From assembly GCA_041489255.1 (NCBI GenBank), contig JBGPQV010000009.1, positions 1 to 64,000 of the forward strand: a stretch of 64,000 nt of DNA, in the 5' to 3' direction. This document shows positions 33,121 to 43,200 of the stretch, piece by piece; within the stretch, counting starts at the first letter, position 1, and each line of letters starts with the position of its first letter. A program made the position numbers and the translations under genes. The stretch is from Thermoplasmata archaeon. Lineage in GTDB: Archaea > Thermoplasmatota > Thermoplasmata > RBG-16-68-12 > JAFNFQ01. Under the pieces are notes generated by a model. That model saw only the letters and a program-made list of their open reading frames with translations. It was not told the DNA's origin and did not search any database.

Positions 33121-33897
33121 ATGGGTCTGCTGGACTTCCTCAACACGCCCTATGCGGTAGTCGTAGTCCTGCTGATTTTCGCTTTCCTGCCGCCAATAGC
33201 CTTTCTAATCTGGGTCAGGAACACCGAACGGTACGGTCGGGAGCCCTGGTTCGCCGTCATCAAGGTTTTCGTCTGGGGTGCCGTGTTTGCGGTGATAATC
33301 TCCATATTCCTCAGCTTGGGCCTGACCTGGCTCTACAACAGATTCGCGCCCGCATATGTCATCCTAGGGAGCGAGCAGACTCTCGAGTCGCTCGTGGTCG
33401 TACTCGTCGTCGCTCCATTCGTGGAGGAGGGCGCGAAAGCGATCGGGGTCTACACGACGGCGTATAATATCAACGAGGTGGAGGACGGGATTGTCTACGG
33501 CGCCGCCTCCGGTCTCGGCTTCTCAGCCACCGAGAACCTCTTCTACGGGATTGCGGCCCTGGTGATGCTCGGTCCGGCGGGCTCGATCACGCTCATCGTG
33601 GTGAGGAGCATATCTTCGACGCTGTTGCACGCGAGCGCGACGTCGACGACCGGCCTAGGTATCGGAAAGAGTCTCGTCTCCGGCGGGAAGAATCGCGTGG
33701 CGCCTTATTACCTCATTGCGGTGGCCATGCACGCTTCCTACAACTTCTTCGCGTCCTTCGGGGAGCTGTACAAATCGAGTTTCGGGGACAACGGGTATCT
33801 GTTCGGATTTGCGGCGGCATGGATTTTCGCGATCATAGCATTCAGCGTCCTGAGGGGCAAGATTTCCAAGGGCGAAGGGGGCGTCACCCCCAAATGA
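33121..33897 (+). CDS. PrsW-family intramembrane metalloprotease
   Basis: REPW, VEEGAK, GLGFSATEN, LLH, MHASYN; multiple TMs. Confidence 0.85.
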   Translation: MGLLDFLNTPYAVVVVLLIFAFLPPIAFLIWVRNTERYGREPWFAVIKVFVWGAVFAVIISIFLSLGLTWLYNRFAPAYVILGSEQTLESLVVVLVVAPFVEEGAKAIGVYTTAYNINEVEDGIVYGAASGLGFSATENLFYGIAALVMLGPAGSITLIVVRSISSTLLHASATSTTGLGIGKSLVSGGKNRVAPYYLIAVAMHASYNFFASFGELYKSSFGDNGYLFGFAAAWIFAIIAFSVLRGKISKGEGGVTPK

Positions 33898-33969
33898 CCG
33901 CGCTGGCGCCAATCTTCAAGCGCTCTCTCACGGCACATTTAATATCCTCCACCCTCATCGAATCGGTGA

Positions 33970-34446
33970 ATGCGGTATCGCTTCTTCCTTGATGGCCCAG
34001 CCTACTCGAAGAACAAGAACTCGTTCAAGAAGCTGCTGAGGAAACATGAGCTATCTTTCAAGGGTTCCTTCGGTGACTTTGTCTGGGAGAACGACAGGGA
34101 GAAGGTGATTGCGGAGTTCGAACGGGATCTGGAGAAGGACCTGACCATCTCCGCGACACTGGTCTGGGAGGGCCGCAAGAAGACCGAATTCATGGAGGAG
34201 TTGAAAGCCTGGGTCTGGGAGCTTGGCGGGAAAGGGGACAAGGACGAGGCGCCCGCTCCCAAAGCATCCGAGGTCGAATCGCGAATCGACGAGGAGATGG
34301 GATTCTGGGACGGCATCAACAAGCCTGACGTGGATCACCTAAGGGTGACGGGAAGGCCCGAGGAGTGGATAATGAGGGATTTGGAGGACTGGAAGAAGCG
34401 CAGGCGCGAGAAGAAGAGGGAGCTCGTGGAGAAGTACCGCGCCTAG
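33970..34446 (+). CDS. Hypothetical protein
   Basis: 158-aa ORF with host-like codon usage and TTTAAT box upstream. Confidence 0.6.
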   Translation: MRYRFFLDGPAYSKNKNSFKKLLRKHELSFKGSFGDFVWENDREKVIAEFERDLEKDLTISATLVWEGRKKTEFMEELKAWVWELGGKGDKDEAPAPKASEVESRIDEEMGFWDGINKPDVDHLRVTGRPEEWIMRDLEDWKKRRREKKRELVEKYRA

Positions 34447-34610
34447 GTGGCGGACGGAGCCGGCGCCATTAGGCTCTCGATGCAGTCGAAGCAGAATCCC
34501 TGCCGCTTGTCGTTCGGGAGGAGCACGAGCCTCATCCCGCAACGCCGACAGTAGCTGACTTTCTCGTCGTCAAGCTCATACTTCCTAATATCTGGACGAA
34601 GCCGCAACAA
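34443..34610 (-). CDS. Small zinc-finger protein (~55 aa)
   Basis: YCRRCG...GFCFDC; TTG start preceded by AGGAGG SD. Confidence 0.55.
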   Translation of the reverse strand: MLRLRPDIRKYELDDEKVSYCRRCGMRLVLLPNDKRQGFCFDCIESLMAPAPSAT

Positions 34611-34754
34611 GAACTCTCCTCCTGCATGCAAGACGGGCGAGCAGGGGAGAGGACCGAGTCTATAAAAAAGTTCCTGACTAAGGAGACGCGCAGCGAGATA
34701 CAATGATGTCTCTGAGGCCAAGGTTTTTCTCAAGGGCTGCGCATCCCGCGCGAG

Positions 34755-35372
34755 ATGAGAGGCAGTTTTGTCACGTTTGAGGGCATCGACGGCTCCGGGA
34801 AGACGAGCGTCGCCAGAAAGACCGCCGCGAGATTACGGCGGCGGGGGCTGCCGATCGTCCTCACCACCGAGCCCACGAAGACTTGGCTCGGCGATGCGGT
34901 CAAGCGGAGCTACAGAGAGCCCGTGAGCAATTTCACCGAAGCCTTTCTCTTCATGGCGGACAGGGCGACGCACACCATGAGAATCGAGGAGATGCTCGGG
35001 AAGGGGAAGCTGGTGATAAGTGACAGGTACTGCGACTCCACCTATGCTTACCAGGCGGCTAGGTTGAAGGGAATGGTGAAGGACCCGATGAATTGGCTGA
35101 AACGAATCAGCGAACCGTTCGTCATCGAGCCGGACTTGACGATATTGCTGGATATCGAACCCCGGAGTGGACTAAGGAGAATCGCAGCGAGGAAGAAGAA
35201 GGTGCACTTCGAGAACGAGCCGTTCCTCAGGCAGGTGAGGCGGAATTATCTCGCCCTTGCGGGGGAAAGGAGGTTCGTCGTGCTGGATGCGTCTCGCTCT
35301 CTCGACGAGGTCGTTGAGGATTCAGTTGACGTGATCAGTTCGCGATTGCGAGTATCAAAGGGTCTTCGGTGA
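34755..35372 (+). CDS. tmk: Thymidylate kinase
   Basis: FVTFEGIDGSGKTS, LFMADR, SDRYCDSTYAYQ, PDLTILLD. Confidence 0.95.
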   Translation: MRGSFVTFEGIDGSGKTSVARKTAARLRRRGLPIVLTTEPTKTWLGDAVKRSYREPVSNFTEAFLFMADRATHTMRIEEMLGKGKLVISDRYCDSTYAYQAARLKGMVKDPMNWLKRISEPFVIEPDLTILLDIEPRSGLRRIAARKKKVHFENEPFLRQVRRNYLALAGERRFVVLDASRSLDEVVEDSVDVISSRLRVSKGLR

Positions 35373-35514
35373 TGCGGACGGTCGGGTTCTCCTCCTGAGC
35401 GAGGAAGGCCTTGGCGAAAAGGATGGCCCGTTCTACGTTTCCCCTGCTCAGCTCTGCCAGGAAAGCTCTACCGAAGACGGTCTTCGGGCTGGGCAGAGAG
35501 GGGAAGCCGCTCAT
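35335..35514 (-). CDS. Possible 59-aa small protein (absent from ORF track)
   Basis: MSGFPSLPSPKTVFGRAFLAELSRGNVERAILFAKAFLAQEENPTVRITEDPLILAIAN; amphipathic helical composition, convergent with tmk. Confidence 0.4.
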   Translation of the reverse strand: MSGFPSLPSPKTVFGRAFLAELSRGNVERAILFAKAFLAQEENPTVRITEDPLILAIAN

Positions 35515-35700
35515 CCAGCATCTACTTGGCCGCGTGACACCATATAGCTCGGCCTGTCAGAATCACCGGTGATTATCTCGCGAGATTGTGAGAATCAAGC
35601 GGCGAAACGTTTCCACGACGCGACGAGCGATTCGACCCTCGTCCATGGAAAAAAGTATTTATCGAGGCGCTAGGATTACTCAACACTCGCGGATGCACTC

Positions 35701-37197
35701 ATGGACGCAAGTGTTCAGAACCATTCAGTGGTATCCAGCGACGCCGCTGAAGGGTTCGTCGGCGTGATTTATGGCGATGTCGGCACGACAAGCTTCAGGT
35801 GCAGCGCGATCGGGCCGATAGACCGCAACGAGTTCGTCCAGGTCAGGCACTGGCAGTGCGGAATGGTGCTCGGCAGGGTCGAGGAGCTTCAGAGGAAGAC
35901 CGACCTGTCGTTGGAGAGGGCCCAGCTGGTCTCCGACGGCGAGGACGTGCAGGTCGACGAGAAGGTCTCGGCGGCGATCCACGTCATCGGGTACAGGGAC
36001 GAGCGCGGGCTCCTCCAGGTGCCGAGGACGCCGTTCAGGGCTGGGGAGTCGGTGTACAAGGCCGAGGACTCCCTCATAAGGCAGGTCATCGGCCTCCTGG
36101 ACAGCGAGAGGAAGGGGGCCTACATCGGAGTGCTCAACGGGCACGAGATCCAGATATACCTCGACATCAACGCGATGGTGCAGAAGCACGTGAGCGTGCT
36201 CGCGAAGACTGGCGGCGGCAAGAGCTACGTCGTCGGCGTGCTCATGGAGGAATTCATGAAGCATGGTGTGACGGTGGTGATAATCGACCCGCACGGGGAG
36301 TACTCCTCTCTCCGCGACAAGTCGAAGGCCGAGGCGACAGAGAGGAAGTTCGGCGTCAAGCCAAGGAGCTACTCTGATCAAGTCCTCGAGTTCTCGCCCG
36401 ATGTGAAGGTGAATCCCTCGGCCCACCCTCTGAGGTTCACGCTCGGTAACCTCGAAGCGAGGGACATACTAGGCCTCACGAAGCTGTCAAACCAGAGGAG
36501 CCACCTGCTGATGCTCAGGAAGGTGCTGGACGCGCTCAGGATGGCGGGCAAGGCCTACTCGCTCGCGGAGATAATCGCCCTGCTTGATGTGGAGGACGAC
36601 ACCACGGTAGGCTCTCTGATCGACGAGCTGGAATACCTGCGCGAGGTCGAGATATTCGCCAAGGAAGGCACGAAGATCGACGACCTCGTCGTCAAGGGCA
36701 AGTGCACCATCATCAACCTGAAGGGCAGCCCGCCGGACATCCAGGAGCTCGTCGTCAGCAGGATAGCGAGCGCGCTGTTCGAGCTGCGCAAGGTCAACAA
36801 GGTCCCTCCGATGCTGCTGGTGCTCGAGGAGTCGCACAACTTCTGCCCCCAGATGGGCGTGGCTGCGTCGTCCAAGATACTCCGCACGATAGCCTCCGAG
36901 GGCAGGAAGTTCGGCCTGGGGCTGCTCATCGTGACACAGCGCGCGGCCAAGGTTGATAAGAACGTGCTGAGCCAGTGCAACACGCAGATAATCCTCAAGG
37001 TCACCAACCCCAACGACCTGAGGGCGATAACCGCCAGCGTCGAAGGGCTCACGGCCTCGATGGAGGACGAAGTCCAGAGGCTGCCGATCGGGGTGGCCAT
37101 AATCACCGGAGGCGGGATTCAGATGCCTCTCATGGTGGAGATCAGGCCGAGGGAGACCCGCCACGGCGGCGAGAGCGTCAAGGTCCTGCCCGACTAG
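35701..37197 (+). CDS. HerA-family (HAS barrel + FtsK/HerA ATPase) protein
   Basis: KHVSVLAKTGGGKS, IIDPHGEY, LVLEESH, EGRKFG, TQR, SQCNT; no nurA adjacent. Confidence 0.88.
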   Translation: MDASVQNHSVVSSDAAEGFVGVIYGDVGTTSFRCSAIGPIDRNEFVQVRHWQCGMVLGRVEELQRKTDLSLERAQLVSDGEDVQVDEKVSAAIHVIGYRDERGLLQVPRTPFRAGESVYKAEDSLIRQVIGLLDSERKGAYIGVLNGHEIQIYLDINAMVQKHVSVLAKTGGGKSYVVGVLMEEFMKHGVTVVIIDPHGEYSSLRDKSKAEATERKFGVKPRSYSDQVLEFSPDVKVNPSAHPLRFTLGNLEARDILGLTKLSNQRSHLLMLRKVLDALRMAGKAYSLAEIIALLDVEDDTTVGSLIDELEYLREVEIFAKEGTKIDDLVVKGKCTIINLKGSPPDIQELVVSRIASALFELRKVNKVPPMLLVLEESHNFCPQMGVAASSKILRTIASEGRKFGLGLLIVTQRAAKVDKNVLSQCNTQIILKVTNPNDLRAITASVEGLTASMEDEVQRLPIGVAIITGGGIQMPLMVEIRPRETRHGGESVKVLPD

Positions 37198-37292
37198 CCG
37201 TCTTCCCTCGGGCAATCCGTCCTAAACCGATAAATACGCGGTAATGGTTTTAGACAGTCAACCTCTGACGCGCACGGGAGGAGTGGGCAGAA

Positions 37293-40200
37293 TTGTTAAA
37301 GACAAGCCTCTTGGCTCTGCTAGTGCTGGTGCTTCTGGTCGTACCGTCGGTTCCGTATGTCCAGGGAACTCATGTTGCGGGTGTTGAAGAATCCGGCCAG
37401 GCGATTTCGCTGGATTCAACCGCAGATCAAACGCAGGGCTGGACGCAGACGAGCATCGAGGATACGCTGGTCGCGGATGCCGGGAAGCAGTTTGTGGACG
37501 TCGTCGTTTTCACAAGCGACGCAGGCGAGCTCGGACGTGCGCTGTCGAGCATGCCTCACCAGGGGGTCGTCGGCACCGCCAGCGGCGGCGGTTTCAGCAC
37601 GCCCCGCATCCAGGTCCCCGCGTGGGCACTCGAAAGAATCAAATCGCTTCCATCCACCATCGGCGTGTACGACTATGAATCTCCCGAGAGACAGATAATG
37701 GACGATGCAGAAATCATGTCTGGCGAGGGTGTCGTCCCGACTAACATAGATTCTGTGAACAATCACAAGGCACCTGCCGCCTGGGCGCGGGGCTACAGGG
37801 GCGAGGGGACGGAGATCGCGATAGTGGACGACGGGATAGATTTCGCACATCCGGATCTCCTGGGGACGGTCGCGAGGTACAACGCCAGCGAGGTCCCTCA
37901 GGCCACGCTGAACCAGAAGCCCTGGCTGGGCACTTACGACGGCTGGCCGATCGCCTACGACCCGACATCGATGTCCGGATGGTTCGCCAAGGGAGGGAAG
38001 GCGGAGGGCACTTGGTACGCAAACACGACCTCGACCGACGACACCGTATGGCACACCATCAAGGTCGACGGCAAGAACGACTTCTGGACCGACGGTAGCG
38101 AGAAGATCGGGAGCGACAGCAACAGCGACATAGTCGAGATTAATGGCACCGAGACGAGGCAGGACTACAACCTCATAGACCTCTGGGCCACCCAAGACCA
38201 GAACAACTGGTACTTCGCCTTCTCTTCAAAGGCGAACCACTCGACGATGAACTTCGGGCTCTACATCAACACGACATCGTCGCCGCCATGGACCGCGGGT
38301 GCGACGTACGATCCTGTGAACGGCAATCTCATCACGCCCGTTTCGAACCATACCCCCGAGTTCGCGATCTATATGACCCACAACGGCGGACAGCTGCCGG
38401 GACACTACGACAAGAACGACACGATCGACAACGCGACGGTGTGGAAGTGGATCGGCTCTGCATGGGGATCGCCGGTCAACGTCACCGATTCCCCGATAAA
38501 CGGGCAGTTCGGTTACGGGAAATACGACTTCAAGAAAGGCGTGGGCTTCGTCGAGATCATGATACCGAAGTCCTACCTCGGCAACCCGCCGGGGGTGTCG
38601 GTGGAGCTCTTCACAACTGGCACGAATGTCTCGCACGCGCAGGACACGTGCTACGAGGATCCAAACGTAAACTTCGCCAACCCTGACTGGTCCAGCACGC
38701 CCACTCAACTGTCAGCCTTCGTGCAAGTGGAGCGCAGCTTCTGGCATCACACGAGGAACAAGGTCGGCGACAGGGCGACGCTCTCATGGCCGATACACTA
38801 CATCACCACCGGCACGAGCAAGAGCGGCTCATATTTCTTCGGGGATCACCCGGACAAGAACCTGCCCCAGACCAGGGTACTCGTCGTCGATGAGGCGGCG
38901 GCGGGGGTCTACGACACGGTCTACGACACGGTCTACGTCGACCTCGACCACAACAAGGACTTCCATAACGACAAGGCGCTGAAGAAACTTGGAAAGTACG
39001 ATGCGTCGTTGAACTGGCATCCGGTCGATTGGAACGGCCAGGGGACCATCTACGACGAGACCTCGTACATGGACTTCTACGATCCGGGAGGGGCGGTGAG
39101 GACGGTTGCGTACTCGTCCGACGGCAAATGGCTCGTGTCCGGCGGGGAAGACCACCAGGTGGTGCTCTGGGACACGTCGAACTGGGCGATCAAGTGGTCG
39201 ACGAACCCGCGCGATGGCCGCCCTGTCTCGTCCGCATTCTCACCTGACAGCAACAGCGTGGCGGTCGGGTTCCACGACGCCTCGGGCGGCAGGTACTACG
39301 TCGTGATCTGGGACGTGGCGACTGGGACCATCACGCACACGCTCGCCGGTCACACGGGGAGCGTGAACGGTCTCGCCTGGTCGCAGGACGGTACCAAGAT
39401 TGCATCCGCGTCATCCGACGGCACAGGGAGGATATGGGTCGTTGCCACGGGTTCATACATTGAGCTGGCAGGACACACCAACGCCGTGACCGGTGTAGCG
39501 TGGAGGTGGTCGGACAACATAGTCGCGACCAGCTCTCTGGATGGCACGATACGCCTGTGGGACTCGTCGGGCACGAGCACCGCAAGGCTGGTCTACGGCC
39601 CGCCTCTGTCCGCAGTTGACTTCAACCCGACCGGCACGATCCTTGCGGCCGCGTCGTTCGATGGCAACGTCACGCTCTGGAACACCGTCACTCGGCTGTT
39701 CTCAGCCGCCGCGGCTCACGGAGGCAACGGAGTGCTCAGCGTCAAGTTCAACAACACCGGCACCGGGCTCGTCACTACATCGAACGTGACCGGCGACTTC
39801 GACGCGACCGTGGTGACCTGGGACGTCGTTGCATGGGACAACTTCTTCCCGAGGGCCTCGGGGGCGAGCGCCTGCTACGAGAGCGCCCGGGGATACCGGT
39901 CGCCTGCGGGCGCGTTCGCGGCGAATGGCACACAGGTCGCATCGGCCTGCGGCAGCAGCTCGATAAAGCTGTGGGACAACAACCTAAGGCTTCAGGGCAC
40001 GCTCAGGGGGCACCGCATAGGAGTCACGGACTACACGATATGGGATGCGGGCGACGGTCTACCTGACATCTCCGGCGGGATGATTTACTTCATCGCGCAG
40101 AACTATTATTACGCCGCCACCACCAGCTGGGGGACGCCGATTCCGTATTCTGACGCCTACAAGAGCCGAAATGGCCAGGAGAATCTCTTCATCCCCGTCA

Positions 40201-43200
40201 ACGGCACGCTCGTCGCTTTCATGGGCGAGATGGACCTGGGTAACAAGCACGGGACTCTGATGGCTTCCAGTATCGTCGGCAGGGGGGCATCGAGGTACTA
40301 CGACTCTACCACGACGATACCTTACCCGATGAAGGAACCGACTGCGCCGCAGGTGGTCGGCATCGCGCCCGCAGCGAAGCTGGTCCCGATAGCGAATGTG
40401 TACACAAGTAGTGTCTTCGAAGGGTGGTGGTTCACCGTCCAGGGATACGACGGCGCACCGGCGAGCGGCGACGAGCCGCAGATTGCGGCGAACGGCTTGA
40501 GTTTCAGCAGCACCTTCGAGGACGGCTGGGACTTCTACTCGCGGTTCGCCGACTGGATCACCATGGTCTACGCGAGTGGCAGCGTCGCCTTCACGATGTC
40601 GGCGGGAAACGACGGTAACGGCTACGGTACCGTGACATCGCCCGGCTCTGGAGCTGGGGTGATCAGCGTCGGGGCCAGCACTGACTTCTTCTACCGCAAG
40701 GCATCTGGGTTGGAAGGGGGCTCGAGCCAGAGCTACGGTGATGTGGTGCCATTCTCCAGCCGAGGCCCGACAGCACTTGGAGCGCCCGATCCCCACATGC
40801 TCGCGAACGGCCGCATGTCCTACGGCTCGACCCCGCTCAACCTCGTGATCCCATACAACGGACAGATAGCGAGCGAGCTCTGGTCTGGGACGAGCTTGTC
40901 ATCGCCACTGGCGGCGGGCATACTCGCGATGACCGAGCAGGCCTACAAGCAGAAGCACGGCCATTGGCCCGATGCAGCAACCGCCAAGTCCCTCCTGATG
41001 AGCTCGTGCGACGACATCAACTACGACGCCTACTCGCAGGGCGCGGGCTTCCTCAACGCGGACCGCGCCACGAAGCTGGCGGAGGAGAGCGAGGGATTCT
41101 ACGTCACTCCCTCTCTCTGGACCCCGGGCAACTACTCCGGACAGAAGTATGAGGCCTTCACATCGCTTCTCGACCCGGGCTCCTCCGACTCCCAGACATT
41201 CACGATAGGTAACATTCATCAGACGGCCGCGCGGACAGCCAACCTGTCCGCCGAGATATTCCACAGGTTCTCACAAGTCGATCTCGCGGTGAACACGCTG
41301 GCGGACTTCACCGGTGTCGCGATTGACAACTACGTCACTCTGTCGGTGCTCAGCCCGGCCGCGCAGACCCTCGGCGGCCCCGGAGCGTACCAGCTCATCC
41401 CTCCAACGGTGATGAAGAAGCGCGCGTCGATCAACGTGGCAGACTGGATCAGGGCGGACCTGTTGCGGGTCACGATATCTGCCAATTTCACCTCGCTGGA
41501 CGGGGACGGTGACGGCATCCTTGGCGGGTCGAAGGACTTCACTTACAACATCGACCTGTACGACTGGACCTGGGACGGGCTTAACCCGATAATGCCGCAC
41601 ACGGGCAACTTCGCGGACCTCAACAGGATGACAATCAACCATCCAACCGCGAACGTCGTCCAAGCGACTATCCGCAACCCCGCGATGAGGACGCACGACG
41701 GCCTTGTGGTCGGCATCAGGAGGTTCCCGTACGGCGCGAAGGACATCTACTTCCGGATCAGTATCGAATTCTTCGAGAAGACGACGTGGTCCCCGTTCCT
41801 CACGCTCGACAATAATTCGGTGAACGTCCCTCCGAACTCGAATGCGACATTCACCGCCACCGTGAACGTCCCCTCGAATATCCCGATCGGTAGCTACGAG
41901 GGATCGATCTACGTCAAGGGCAACCCGCAGCACGACATCAAGACGTGGGAGGTCGTGAGGACGAACACGAAGTACGCCGCGCTGAACCAGTTCAACATAG
42001 TGAGCATCGCGGTCTGGCGCGGGGCTGTCAAACTGAGGCCGGGCATCGACTATGTCGCCTACAACGACACCGGAGTCGTCGAGTTCAAGATTGTCCTGGG
42101 GCTGGGGAACATCATGAAGGTGGACTACTGGTACGACCAGGTGGTCACGATCCCCGTCTCCGTCACGGTGCCCGCTCACGGAGTCATTTTCAACTGGTCG
42201 GCGGGCCAGGTGCCCGGACAGGACGAGTTCTACTCGAATGTGATCTCTGCGGGCTTCGGGCTGGGCGGGCAGTCTGGCGACTGGCGCTTCTACCCGACGT
42301 TGCTGCCGCAGGGCGGGCTGTACGACCTATCCAAGACCTTGCGCTTCATCGCGGAGGTGAGCTGGGATCTTAACAGGACGGACATCGACGTCTTCTCGTT
42401 CGGCCCAGGCGGCTCCGTCGTCGCGGTGGGCTCCGACCTGTCCACGCAGAGATACGGGCCGTTCCTGGTCGGCAGGAACAACGGCGGCAGCACGACCACA
42501 GCCCTCGTATTCACCACGACCGGGGGGAACATGGAGATAGCATCGCCGGCCTTCGCCGGTGGGCTCAACATAATCGCCGTGCACGTCGTGCACATGAACG
42601 GCCTGCGCTACAGGGAGAACGTCTCCGGGGAGGTCGGTCTCTTCGGTCTCAACCCGAAGGAACTGACCGTGGTCACCAACAAGCTGTACGGGCGCAGGGC
42701 GTTCCAGATATTCAGCACAATGAGCTGGCCAGGCATCGGAGCGGTATCCGCTGGCCCGGCGCCGCCGGAGCGCTACATGAACGAGCACATTAAACAGGAC
42801 TCGACCGAGGGGACGGACTTCGTCTCGATACTCTCCAAGGGTTCCTACACCCGCCTCGTCCGTGTCAAGCCGAGTGCACTCATCTTCAGCGCGAACACAT
42901 CGAGCGATCAAGGCTACACCGACAAGCCCTGTTCCGACCTCGACCTGGGCGTCTTCCTCGACGGCAAAGGGCCTGGCAACGTCCCTGACGGCATCGCGCA
43001 GCCGGAGGAGTTCGTCGTCTACTCCGCCGGTCAAAGCGCGACGGAGGAGGTGAGGCTGATCAGGCCAACCGTCGAGGACGACCCGGACACGCCGAGCATC
43101 AACGAGATGGAGGTCGGCGCGCCCTACCTGATAAAGGTCCTGGGCTACATCGTCCCTTGGGCTCCTTACGGCACGTTCAACGTGGACGTCACCCTCGTGC

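Noticed and set aside
34670-34716. Box C/D sRNA (CTGA ... ATGATG ... CTGA)
   Set aside because: Box order and spacing do not fit; no guide-length segment before the last CTGA
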